64,000 nt of DNA from Saprolegnia diclina VS20 (taxonomy: Eukaryota): assembly GCF_000281045.1 (NCBI RefSeq), contig NW_008246080.1, positions 319,844-383,843 of the forward strand. Direction: 5' to 3'. Positions 11,894 through 23,310 of this stretch are shown piece after piece (position 1 is the stretch's first letter; each line of letters opens with the position of its first letter). The notes under the pieces were generated by a model, which was not told the origin of the DNA, searched no databases, and was given only the letters and a program-made list of their open reading frames with translations. Both the position numbers and the translations under genes were made by a program.

Positions 11894-12768
11894 CCGAGTC
11901 GACGCGCTGTGTCCTCGGCGAAATGGCTAATGCTTGGCCTGCGTCCCGCCGAAAACCTATTTTTATTCGCTAAAAATAAGAATCAAATAAGAATCACGGC
12001 GAATTAGAGCCGGTCGGTGGAAAGTGAGGAGTGGCTCGGCTGTTTTTGCAAACGCGAATTTTCACATTTTGCTCTTGGGCGATAGAAGGCTGACCGCTTG
12101 CGCTTCTGTTGTCGCAAGCCTCGTTGAGCAACTCTTCGAGAGCCCTTAGGCCCCGATCCAAGCAAGAGCCCGCCGCATAATTGAAGCCCCCTTGGCAGCG
12201 GGCGAGCGTGATGAGATCGCCGTGACTAGCATGTACACTAGCGACCTTCTACCAGCCTAGGCGTACTACAGCGTATCGTGTGGGCACACAGCAGTCACAT
12301 CTGCGAGTGATCGGCGTTCAGGAACAGAGCAAAAATCGCTTCAGTCGTCGCGAGAGGGTCTTGGCGCATACATTTTTCCAGTCATATTTTAATTAAGGAG
12401 TGTGAAATCAATTTCGGGATAGAGCCTTTGGACCCTGATTTTCTTATCCGGATTTCATGATCCGGCATCCTCGGACATGTCACATAGACATCTGAACCAA
12501 GAAATCTTGGTGCCAAAAGCAGTGCAGTTGGACCAATCCGGACGAGAATGATGGTTCATAAAGTTGCACTGAGTGATGGTTGCCCACGCAGCTCAGGAAT
12601 CGTGCTGTGAAAAAGTCAACGCGGTGGAGACCAGTACGAGACGACAGAAGACTGCACGCTCCAGTACACACTCTGTATGGAAGCTATTTGAGATTGCCGA
12701 CGATATTTCTTGCGCTGGTATACACTGGAATGCGGCAGCTTGGAGTTGCATTTCAACAGTGTTTTGTG

Positions 12769-14018
12769 TTATACAAGGCTCTGCGTGTGGACTTGCACGC
12801 TCACGAGGGCTTCGTCGACGAGCGCAAAGTACGATTTGACGAGCGCATGGCCCGTGACTTGAAGCACTCGATGCAAGTGCGTCTCGACGGGGACGCGAGG
12901 CGGCACGGCCCTCAACGCTTCGGTGTACAGATTCGGGTACTCGGTGCGAAGGAGGGCGGCCACCGACGGGTACGGCTCGTTGGGCTCGAGCACCGAGACC
13001 GTTCGAATCACGCACTGGGTCTTTGAGATCGGCCGCACTTCGTTCCTGTCGCATTCTTGAGTTTTTGAAAAAGAGTGACGTTGTCATACCATTCTTGAAA
13101 TGTGTCAATGGTGCTGGAGACCGCAAAGACGTCGTCGTGACGAATCGACCGGTAGGCGACGAGCACGCGCTCGTTGTTGATCGTGACGCGCCGATGAAAG
13201 ACATTGACGCTGCGCCCGTCACAGAGCTCGCGCACATAACTCATCTCGCTGTTCACACCCAATGCGTGGTGCAACGACTACGCATCATACTCGCGTTTGA
13301 CTATTGCACCGAGACCAACCACCGAACAAAATGCACGCACCTCGACGTCACTCGAAACAAGCGAGCTCGGGTGCAGGTGGCATTCGGGTGACGCGCGGTT
13401 GACGAGCCACAGCGCTTTGGCGGCCTCGTGCATCGACGCCGTCACGATCTTTTGCATGACGAGCTTCCGGCCGAGCGGCGACCACTCGACGCGAATCGAG
13501 TCTTCCAGCGTGTGCGGGAAGAGGGCCGGGTGCAAGCGATCGTCGACAGCACGGTCGAGCTGCTGCGCTATCCAATGATACCCGACGTGCCGAATGTGTG
13601 GGTCCATAGGGAGGTACGCGTCGCGCCATGACGCTTCGGCGAGTCGTGGCGGTACCGTCTAGTCAACAAACTACCAATCAATATTCTCCATAGTCTCCGT
13701 GTCTTGATGGATACATACAGGAATCGATGACATGGTGTGGACCCACGCCTGCAGCTGGCGCAAAAGCAACGACGTCGTTGCGAGCTCGGCTCGAAGCGCC
13801 TTGTTCTCGAGCACACTTGCCTGTGTGCTGGTGCGCAACGCGAGCGCGACGTCCTGCCACGACAGCTGCGTGCTCTGGAGGGCGCTGGCCGTCTCTCGGA
13901 GCTCGGCGATCGATGCGATCAGGGCCGTGATATCGCGCTTGTGCTGCTCGCGGGCCTTGCGCTTTGCCTCGCGGTCCCGAACTCGGCGTCGTTCGTAGAC
14001 CGCAGCGTTTTTGCGCAT
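12769..14018 (-). CDS. Atypical (Asp-type) bZIP + second coil + conserved C-terminal domain protein, copy 1; ~5 exons
   Basis: RDREAKRKAR-x9-L-x6-L-x6-L; LSWQDVALAL; LQAWV; VGYHWIAQQL; VAYRSIRHDD; FQEW|intron; last exon CVIRTVSVLEP. Exon structure shared with 8 other copies. Confidence 0.75.
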
Positions 14019-15078
14019 TGTCGTACTGTGTGATGGGAGCTCGAAATTAGAGTGCGCCGACGTGAAACACAAAGGTCTCCGGCGTAAGGACGGCAATCAC
14101 GGTGGTATTTAGGCGGTAATGGCCTCAAGAAACCCCGCCTTTCACGAGCACAAGGAAGGCGCGTCACCTGTCGACGACGACCGCTTCCGCCAATCGCATG
14201 CGTTGGTTTGCGGTGCGTACGCTTCGTGGAGGGTGTGATTGGGACGTCCATGCGCGACCACCGTGGATGGACCACCCACGATACGTCGACAACGACGCAA
14301 ACACTGACGGTCGTGACGTAAACGTCAAGAAGGAACCCAGAACGACGTCCTGTCGTCGTCCCGGCTCCATCACGGGCGACGTCCCACATCACATATGTTG
14401 AGCACGGTTCTATAGTATCGGATTTGGTCTGGTGATTGCTCTAGGGTTGGGACTGACACGCCTCGGTGGCCTGTCTCGTTCAGGTTCAAAGCTTCAGAAC
14501 AACACTACGCCAGCACACGCGTATCGCAGCGCGATTGTTGAGCCGTGAACGTCACATCTTGGCTCGAAGTCCGCACGACGATCTTGTCGTTAGGCATTCG
14601 CTCCCGTCGCAGAGGCAAGTCGGTGACGAGATAGGCTTGTGGTAGCTCCAACTTGGAAATGCGTCAAATCTGGAGCTTCCAGAGTTGGTCACCAGCGGTG
14701 CTCGTCCTTATTACGAGCAGCACTGAGGTTTTCCTAGTACCACTGCACCGATTATTACGCTATCGCTCTACGAACCGCGTTGCGGGATGTTTGTTGTGCA
14801 CTAGCCGGAACTTGGAGTTAAATCGTTCAGGTAGGTCCTATGCTCCTTGCGAGAGACCGACCACGATATCAACCACGAAACACACAAGGACTAGGGCACC
14901 GATTCCTGGTGACCATAAAATGCACTGCTTGTACATTGTTCCCTTGACAAAATGCATTCAACCTTCGCGACATGTACACTGTATTTGATTAAGCTAGAAG
15001 TGACCGACACGATCATTGCCATCTCTAACGCAGCCGACGTCGAGGTACATCACGCTATCTTTGGCGGTGCAGTGGCCT

Positions 15079-16098
15079 CTACAACACTGTGCTACGCTGG
15101 CCCCGGCCGCGGCGCTTTGACCCCCGTGATTGGTCGACAACGACAACAATGCGACCGCGTCGCGGCTGCTGCTTGGTCGTTGACGTCGCCTTGGCCGCGG
15201 CTTTGACTGGGGTCTTGGCGGACTTGGTCGTTGGGCGCCGCTTGCGTACTATCGTAGCCGCCGACTTCTTCTTCTTCTTTGACTTGGCTTTTGGCAGCGT
15301 GGTCTCGGGCGCCGTTGCGTGGACCTGGTTCAATTCGCGAGCCAACGATACCGTTCGCATCATCAGCACATGGGAGATGAATCGTCCGAGCCCGGGCGAG
15401 TCGACACCGAAGTCCTTGTGCACATCCGCGTGCGTGGTCGTCATGGGTGTCGCCACCACGTCGGCAAGAACGGCCACCCGGAACGCGCGCAATTTGGCAT
15501 CCAAAAAGCGCACCAGCGCCGGTAGGTCACTGGCTACGTCTGGACACTCGCGTGCTAGGTACATGACTGCACGGTCGGCCGAGTCCACGAGCGTCTGCAA
15601 CGCCTTGGAGCCAAATCGACGCACGACCATCGAGAGACCAACAAGTGCCTGTTGTATGTCGTTCATGGTCGAGGGTGTCGGCGGCACAGGTAGCCCTTCT
15701 GGAGATGGCGCAGATCGGAGCGTGTTGTGCCAAGCATCAATCTCGAGCTGCTCATAAAGTTTGAAGTGCATGACGGACAGGCGGCGAGGGCCAAAGTCAA
15801 AGTGAAAGAATGCAGCGAGAAGCGGCGGTGAGATCTTGAGGCGCTCGAGGTACAGCGCGTCAGCGTGCAGCCACCAGCCAAGCGGCGACAAGTGCGCGAG
15901 CGACTCGCTCACGATGAGGCTGTGGATTGCACACTCGAGGGTTGTCGGGTCAAACTCGCCATGCGTCGCCTCGCGCATGGTCTCGGGCTGGCTCTTGGCG
16001 ATGGCCAAGAGGTCTTGGCCGCGGGGCGTGGCAGATGCTACGATAGCGCTGGCTATGCTCGGCGAAGGACGTCCCGTGCTCGCTCGGGACGTTGCCAT
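15079..16098 (-). CDS. Hypothetical protein (339 aa) with FDFGPxRLSxMHFK motif and basic C-terminal tail; paralogue A of a divergent pair
   Basis: Intact ORF, strongly similar to 16606-17607 (GEF.PTTLECAIH.L.V.ESL.HL.PL.WWLHADALYL...KISP.LLAAFFHFDFGP.RLS.MHFK). Contains a KKKKK NLS-like stretch. Confidence 0.75.
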   Translation of the reverse strand: MATSRASTGRPSPSIASAIVASATPRGQDLLAIAKSQPETMREATHGEFDPTTLECAIHSLIVSESLAHLSPLGWWLHADALYLERLKISPPLLAAFFHFDFGPRRLSVMHFKLYEQLEIDAWHNTLRSAPSPEGLPVPPTPSTMNDIQQALVGLSMVVRRFGSKALQTLVDSADRAVMYLARECPDVASDLPALVRFLDAKLRAFRVAVLADVVATPMTTTHADVHKDFGVDSPGLGRFISHVLMMRTVSLARELNQVHATAPETTLPKAKSKKKKKSAATIVRKRRPTTKSAKTPVKAAAKATSTTKQQPRRGRIVVVVDQSRGSKRRGRGQRSTVL

Positions 16099-16242
16099 AC
16101 TGTGGGCTGGGTTTCACTGGCCGCCTTTTCGAAATATAAAGTTTCCGAAACCGAAAAGCTAGAATATCGATTGTCAGAGGTTTTAGCCGTTGCAAGTGTG
16201 TTTGCATCGTTCGTCCAACGAGTACCATAAGCGCTCGAGCTC

Positions 16243-16310
16243 GTCCCTCGACTAAGCTCTAGTAGTCCCTCGACTAAGCTCTTAGTGGTCCCTCGACTAA
16301 GCTCTTAGTT
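16243..16310. repeat. 22-23 bp tandem repeat x3, each with an ACTAAG-CT-CTTAGT inverted core
   Basis: gtccctcgactaagctctagta / gtccctcgactaagctcttagtg / gtccctcgactaagctcttagtt (the first copy lacks one T). Confidence 0.9.
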
Positions 16311-16605
16311 GTCGGCCCCGAGCCCTCGCAAGTCACAAGGAATGATAGCCTCACTGCGTCGAAGGATAGAAGACAACCTCTGGCAGTCCAAAGCCACTGT
16401 CTTCGATCAATGATTTGTCAGATGTTGGCCAATGGCTGCATCGGTTTGACCAACCAATCGTTGGGCTCGAATTCAAATACGCCACAGGCATTGGCCAGTG
16501 GTCTCACTCTAGAAAATGATATTGTTCATAGATCGCACACTCGACTATCGAACAAACCATGATAGCGCAAAAGGCCACACGAAGCAGATCTCAAGGCGAC
16601 GCAGC

Positions 16606-17607
16606 ATGACTACCTGCGGCGCGGACACGTCCAGAGGAAGCCGCTTACCGTTGTTGCGGGCGGACGACGCCTCCTCGGTCGTAGCCCGTGTCCGACGCAT
16701 CCAAAGCGCCTTCAAGAACCACCCCGAGACCTTGTGCGAGGCGACACGCGGTGAGTTCAACCCCACAACGCTCGAATGCGCCATCCACAAGCTTGTGGTG
16801 AACGAGTCGTTAGTGCACTTGCACCCACTCCACTGGTGGCTGCACGCCGATGCGCTGTACCTCTATCCCTACAAGATCTCGCCGGCGCTTCTCGCTGCAT
16901 TTTTTCACTTTGACTTTGGCCCGCACCGCCTGTCCATCATGCACTTCAAGCCGCACGAGCAGCCCGAGCTGGATGCTTGGCACAACACGCTCCGAGCTGC
17001 GCCATCTTCAGAAGGGCTGCCCGTGCCGCCGACACCCTCTTCTCTCGACGACATTGAAGAAGCACTCGCTGGTCTCTCGCACATTGTGGGTACATATGGC
17101 TCCCAGGCGCTGCAGACGCTCGTGTACACGGCCCAGTTTGCTGTCTTGAGCCTCGTACGTGAGTTTCGCGACGTCAAATCTTGGGACCTGCCGGCGTTCA
17201 TTCGCTTTTTGGATGAAAAGATGCACGCGTTTCGGGCGGCAGTCGTCGCCGACGTGCTTGCGACACCCGCCACGGCCAAGCACACAATCGTTCATGAGCA
17301 GTTGAAGCGCAGGTCGGCCGCGATGGGGCTCTTCGTCTCGGAACTGCTGCTCGGGCGTCCGATGCCAGTTGCAAACGCGACCTCGACCGAGCTGCCGACG
17401 ATGCCGGCCGGCACCAAGCGCAAGCCGACCAGCCGCAAATCGAACAAGAAGACGAAGAACAAGACGGCCAATATGGTACCCAAGCGACGACGTCGCTCGG
17501 TCAAACCGAATGCGTCAACGGCTCACCAAGGACGTATTGTCGTCGCCTCCGGCAACCGCGGGGGGCGACAGCGACGCGGTCGGTGCAGCACTGTGTCGTC
17601 TTCGTAG
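16606..17607 (+). CDS. Hypothetical protein, paralogue B of a divergent pair
   Basis: Intact ORF (an in-frame upstream ATG at 16516 is also possible), homologous along its length to 15079-16098, including the basic tail and the GRIVV...RRGR..STV end. Confidence 0.75.
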   Translation: MTTCGADTSRGSRLPLLRADDASSVVARVRRIQSAFKNHPETLCEATRGEFNPTTLECAIHKLVVNESLVHLHPLHWWLHADALYLYPYKISPALLAAFFHFDFGPHRLSIMHFKPHEQPELDAWHNTLRAAPSSEGLPVPPTPSSLDDIEEALAGLSHIVGTYGSQALQTLVYTAQFAVLSLVREFRDVKSWDLPAFIRFLDEKMHAFRAAVVADVLATPATAKHTIVHEQLKRRSAAMGLFVSELLLGRPMPVANATSTELPTMPAGTKRKPTSRKSNKKTKNKTANMVPKRRRRSVKPNASTAHQGRIVVASGNRGGRQRRGRCSTVSSS

Positions 17608-18193
17608 TTCACGACCTATGCCAAGTGCATGTACGAGGATGTCATGGGACGGTGATAAGGTATATGCAACTCAAGTCGTCGGCTAACGCTTGCGTGCTTG
17701 CGGCCACAGCTTGTACTGTCGTCAAGGGCAAAGCCGAGACGAGAGCGAGAGATGCCCAATACATAATATATATATGCATTACCCGACACCACTTCAGCAA
17801 CACGCTTGACTCTAGTACCTGTATCACAGTGTACTATGGCATGCATGATGCGCGCATGGTGGCAGCACGGCTGCTCGCAACGTCGTCGCACTACTGGCCA
17901 TCGACGATGACCTTGGCACTGTCCCGTCTTCGCGGACGTGCACAATGACCACGCCCTTTGACGCAGAGCGAGTAGTCGTGGACCGACTGAGGCGACGATG
18001 TCATCATCGAACGATCCGCCTATTTCAAACCCTTGCAGGCTATTCGAGCCTGAGTTCTGGCAAGGGATATAATAACTATTCTGGTGATTCTGGTGATCTG
18101 GTGACAAAAATCTCTTCAGTTAGTACGAGCTCAACGAAAAGTGGGTAGACATAGACGCGAATATATAAGGTTATTAACATGTACAAAAGGACG

Positions 18194-19445
18194 TTATAGC
18201 CGCGTTTGGTACTGCATTGCGAGCGGGTCCACGAGGCTCTCGAGGACGGCGGTGATGTTGGCAAAGTAGTCGTCTGTCCGCCGTAGCGTGAGCGCGTGGA
18301 GTTCTCGCTCGACGCAGGCTTCGAGGATCTCGGGCGAGGCCGACGCCACTGCTCTGTACACGTCCGGAAAGAGCGACCGGGCGTACGCGACCATCGAGTC
18401 GTAGGCGGCCACGGGTTGGAGCACGCACACGCTCCGGAGCAAGCACGCTTCAGGCGAGAGTTGCCGGATTTCGTTCCTACCATGCTTTTCAGTAAAATTA
18501 CTTTAATTCGCACAATTTGGGACGACCATTCTTGAAATGTCTCGTCGGGCGTGGGCGTGGGCCGTAGCGCGTCACAGGTAATTGTCCGGAACATGCTCAG
18601 GGTGCGGTCGCCTTCGTCGACCGACTTGTGGAGAACATGAATGAGCTTGCCGCGGTACCGCTCCTGGACGTAGTGCAGGCGGTCCGAGTCGGGTCCATCC
18701 CGGTGCAAAATCTACCCAAAATCGATTGGATATTGGATATTTGGATAGCGACAGGGTTAAGACCTCGACGTCCATGGGCGTGCCACGCAGTCCGCTGGCG
18801 GTCGCACCATTGACGATCCAAAGCGCTTTGGCCACGTCCTGGCGCCGGCCACGAATGACCTTTTGCTTGATCAAGCGGCGGCCGGCCATGTCCCACTCGA
18901 TGCGCACGTCGTCGTCGGTCGGTCGCGACGGGAAGAGGCTCGGCGGCAGCTGCGCGTCGGCGGCGTGGCGCAGCTGCTTGCCGATCCACGCAAAGCCGAC
19001 GCGGCGAACGTAGGCGTCGCTCGAGAGCGTCACAGCGTGCCACGGCGACGCGTTGCCAAGGCCCTACATGTGCTCTATGAGACCACGCTCATTTCCGACG
19101 AGAAGCGACCTTGTCCGGGTGCATGGCTGCGATCCAGGCATGCAGCTGCTGGGCGACGGTCCCGTATTCGGTGACCTGGCGGCGGAGGTCCTCGTTGATC
19201 GTGCACGTCGTCTCGCGCGTGCTGCCGAGCGCTGCCGCGACCTCCTTCCACGGTAGCAGCGTGCCCCGCAGCGCGTAGAGCTGGTGCGTGAGGCGCTGGA
19301 TCGTGGCCGCGAGGTGGTCGCGCTCGCAGAGGTACGTTTGGCGCGCGACGCGCTTGGCCTCGCGGTCGTACGCGAGGCGCCGGCGCCGGACCTCGGGCGA
19401 CATGGACTTGCGCTTGGTCGTCGTCGTCGTCGTCTCGCCCCGCAT
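18194..19445 (-). CDS. Atypical (Asp-type) bZIP family protein, copy 2
   Basis: YDREAKRVAR-QTYLCERDH-L-AATIQR-L-THQLYA-L; LLPWKEVAAAL; LHAWI; VGFAWIGKQL; FRTITCD; FQEW|intron. Confidence 0.75.
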
Positions 19446-19873
19446 GACGCTGCAGATAGGAACTGGCGATGTAATGGACGTGACAATCCTGCCCGTGGTG
19501 GTATACACGGACCATATGTGGGCTTCGCGAGCGTTCTTCACATGTCAAGAACGCGTCAAGAACCAGTTAACAACTGCTTCAACTTGGACAAACTCAGATG
19601 CACGAGTCTAGTTCTGAGTCGCCTGGGCTGCAACTATTTTACGTGGTGGTGGTGACTAGAATCTAGCGCTAGCAAAGGACGTCCCAAGAGTAGCACTGGA
19701 CTTCCTCTTGTGGTCTCGTCCTTGAGATAGTACAGCGAGTGGCTCCAGAGAGAGGTCTCAACTGGCCAAGACGCAACGGTGCCAGCCAGGCCATCCAGTC
19801 GTTTTCTAGTAAAATGCTATCTTTGCCCGAGTTTACTCGGGACTATTGATCGCATCTATGGACGTCAATATGC

Positions 19874-21124
19874 CTAGACGCTGTAAAAGGCGGGGTTGGC
19901 GACGACGCTCTGGATGACCTTGTGGAGGATGTCGCTGTGCTCGTGGGCGATCGCAATACCACGCATCAAGAGCGCGCGTTGCAGGTACTGCTCGAACGAG
20001 AGATTGGGGTTGCCCAAGTTTGAATACTGTTGCAGATGGTGGTGGTACCCCGCAGGGTAGATACCCTCGACGTAGTCGGTGACCGACTCGAACGACGCCC
20101 GCGGTTGGAGGTAATTGACGCTGCGGAGCAAGCACGTGGTGGCTGATATCCGCCGAATTTCGTTCCTAGCGCATCACATTTCCATGCACACCTCGTCCTT
20201 TGAAATCAACATACCACTCGAGGTATTCGTCCGGGTCCAACACGTCGGGGTACGTGTCGTCGATCGTGACGGAGCGATACGCGACGAGGATGCGGTCGTG
20301 GCCGTCGTGGAAGCGCGCATGGCAGATCTTGAGGCTCGTGCCTTTCGAGTTGCCCGTCTCGTCGACGCTGTAGCTCAGCTGCCGGTCCGTCTCCTGCGTT
20401 TCGCGGAGGACCTAACCCGTAACGTGAGTCCTGTCAAAGCTCACGTCGATGAGAGACCCGGATGTTGGCTGTGTGAACCCCGGGAAAAAGCTCGCCCGTT
20501 GACGCACGGTTGACGGCCCAGAGCGCGGCGGCGACGATTTGAGGACTGGCTTGCACGACCTTTTGCAGCACGATCTTGCGCCCGCGGCAACCCCACTCAA
20601 CTTTGACCGAGTCTTCGTACGCGTGGGGAAAGACGGAGGGCGTGAGATGGGTGCTGGCGCTGTGGTAGAGCTGCTTTTGGATCCACTCCAAGCCCAGCTG
20701 ACGCATCTCGATGTCGTGGGACAGCGTCACATTGGTCCAGACGTTGGACGAAAGACTCGTGGTCTAACATGAGCATCTGAAACGTGGGCGCCACTACTTG
20801 TGGACGTCGTACCGTTGGAGCCGACATGGTGCTCACCCAGTGGTGCAAGCGCGTCGCAAACAAGCGCGTTTGGCGGACTTGTTGCTGGAGGTCGCGGTTG
20901 TCGCTGTCGGCGACCTCGCGTGCCTCCCGCAGCGCGGTGGCGACCTCTTCCCACGGCAGCATCGTCCCTCGCAGGGCGTAAAACCTTGACGTGAGCGTCA
21001 CATACGCGTCTTGCAGCGCAGTGCGCTCAGCGAGGTACGCGACGCGGGCCTGCCGCTTCATGAGTCGATCGTGGGCGCGCTGCCGCTCGAGCGCAGCTTT
21101 ACTGGAGGTCTTGGGTCGCGTCAT
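19874..21124 (-). CDS. Atypical (Asp-type) bZIP family protein, copy 3
   Basis: HDRLMKRQAR-VAYLAERTA-L-QDAYVT-L-TSRFYA-L; MLPWEEVATAL; LHHWV; LGLEWIQKQL; AYRSVTIDD; LEW|intron. Confidence 0.75.
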
Positions 21125-22154
21125 GGCACTGGATCGCTTGTTGGGGTAGGACGCAAAAGGCATTCTGACCGACCTCCCGTCGACCACAAAATTTGCAAAT
21201 ACAGGCATCGGTTTACGTAGTATTGTGGCTGTAATGTTGGCTATTCGGGTACGAGATTGGCAGTGCGGCGCTCCCACAAGGCAGCACGTACTACTCTTGT
21301 TTTCTCGGCGCGACACGTGGTGCGGTACTACGGACGAGCGCCTGGAATCGACTATGGCACGAGCACAGTAATCGCCGAAGGAGTCTGTATTGTGGCGCCC
21401 TCTGCGAGCCGGACATGAAAAACGCGTGACGCGTGGGGTCATTTTTGTACGTCGTTGTCGTGTGCCGTCACACGATGACGCACCAGGTAACGACGCCGTT
21501 CTTGGTCGCTTGACCGCGGCTATAGGACAGGCGTGCCGGTGCTAGTGGCACGAAGCGGGCCCGCGCTCAGATCGACAGGCCACGTGCCAAGCTCGACCTT
21601 GTGCCACGGTATTTTGATAACACTGTTATTAGTTCACGACTATAGCCTATCACTGCAAACGTATTTGTAATCACATTCGACAAGCCGCACTTGCCATTGC
21701 GGTCGCGTCTATACCGCTACCTCTGTGGGCTGGGCAATTAAAGACATATAGTGAGTCCAAAGGACGATCACTTGTCTGACGAAATGAGAGAGGGAGCTTG
21801 GGCGGTGAAGGACGACGTCACGCAGCACCTCTACTCTTGTCAGTGTGCTGCACTCGCGCCTCGCACCGACGTGCAGCTGTGTTCAACCTGCCAGGCGCCA
21901 CGAGAGTTGACGTGAGCGTGACGTGAAACCGTATCAACGGGCTGATGCGTTGGTGACGTCATTATCATCTTGCAGCTGGTTTTGTAGGGCCAGGGTCGAC
22001 GACGGTGCCCTCGATATCGCTGCCTCGATGCTGTTTGGCTTGCGCGCCACCAAGGACACTCGGTTTCGGTGCATAATTACTTCTCACACGATGTGCCTTG
22101 GGTAGCTGAGGTCGATACCGCCCCCGCTGTACACACACTCTCTACGCGATATTT

Positions 22155-22653
22155 TTGGCATCTCAAAGGTCAACCACCATTGACAGCTGTCGCGGTCCGT
22201 CGACGTGCTTGTGTAAAGTACGTGACACAGCAAAGATCGTGTCCTATAGTGCACAGTGTGCGGACCGCACTGAGGTTCACCATGCATGGACGCGCAAGGG
22301 AGGGACTGCTGGTCTGGCTCGAAAGGACGATGTGGGGACGTTCGTTCCGTGTTCAAAGACAGGGAACGCTTCCAAGACGTAGCTACGCTTCCTGTGGGCC
22401 CTTTATCACCAACTGTGGGGCAGAGTCTTTGAGAAATTGCTCCGAGAGAATGGCATCGGGTGAAAGAGTGTGGAAGACTGCGTTCGAACGTCGCGCTGTA
22501 GCAGATCAAAGGCGGACTGGTGTCAGCAGTGGGAGGCGGCTCCTGATGAACATGTGTTGAAGAATACGTTGGATGAAACGCATGCCCGGTGCGCTCGAGT
22601 ACACTAATCATAGAATAAATCGGCCACGTTTTAAAAAAAAAAAAAAAAAAAAA
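22155..22653 (+). pseudogene. Possible retroposed remnant: stop-interrupted reading frame ending in TAA, AATAAA and a genomic poly(A)21
   Basis: The frame ...LRFLWALYHQLWGRVFEKLLRENGIG*KSVEDC...ARVH* ends at ~22607. AATAAA at 22614-22619; A21 at 22633-22653. The 5' limit is unknown and no TSD was found. Confidence 0.3.
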
Positions 22654-22798
22654 TTATAATGCCAAGTGCACTGAACGGCCCACACCGAGATTCCAGTGGA
22701 AGACAGATGTGGCCGTCTTTTTGGCGTCACGTGTGGTGCTTTCTCGCTACATCGAGATCAACCATTAATTCGTCCTCTGATGCAAATCAAAGTACACT

Positions 22799-22854
22799 GA
22801 CCAGTACTAGTAACGGATACGGGGAGAATTTCTCCCCCGTATCCGTTACTGGTC
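22799..22854. repeat. Near-perfect ~20-bp inverted repeat (hairpin/cruciform)
   Basis: AGTAACGGATACGGGGAGAA (22809-22828) pairs with TTCTCCCCCGTATCCGTTACT (22830-22850, one extra C). Extendable by GACC/GGTC with a 6-nt bulge. Confidence 0.85.
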
Positions 22855-23310
22855 GCCCAAAAACGAGCATCTGTTATGACTTTGAAACCGACTATCCAGC
22901 AATCTTTCGTGGTGTCCAAACAAGAGGACAGAGGACATTATGCAACAATGGAAAAAGTACACTGGTAGACCGCAAATTGTCGCGCAGTGCTATGTGCATT
23001 GGAAGCACCTTGTGTCGACGGCACAGTGGTTCGACGAGGCCATACGCGATCAAAGACACGGCGAGTCCTGTTGCCCGGCAAGTGCCCGTGTGTACGTTGA
23101 CTGACACGAAGCAATATGATACCAATTCCTCCCCTCAATGTGGCGCGTCGATTGAATCGGATACTTGCTTTTCAGCCTTGCTGTTGATTGCACCCACAGA
23201 TTTCTATTAAAGATAAACACTGAGAATGACACAGTCGTGTCGAGCACGATAACACTGAATAATCCAACAACGTAGTACACTAGATAATATAAATCAAATA
23301 CGCAACTCGA

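Noticed and set aside
16243..16310. Palindromic direct repeats as a possible CRISPR array (also 60137-60192)
   Set aside because: The units are adjacent with no unique spacers, there are no cas genes, and the context is eukaryotic.
18079..18104. TTCTGGTGA x3 micro-repeat; shared AGAGGTCTCA at 19751 and 51361
   Set aside because: Too short to distinguish from slippage or chance.
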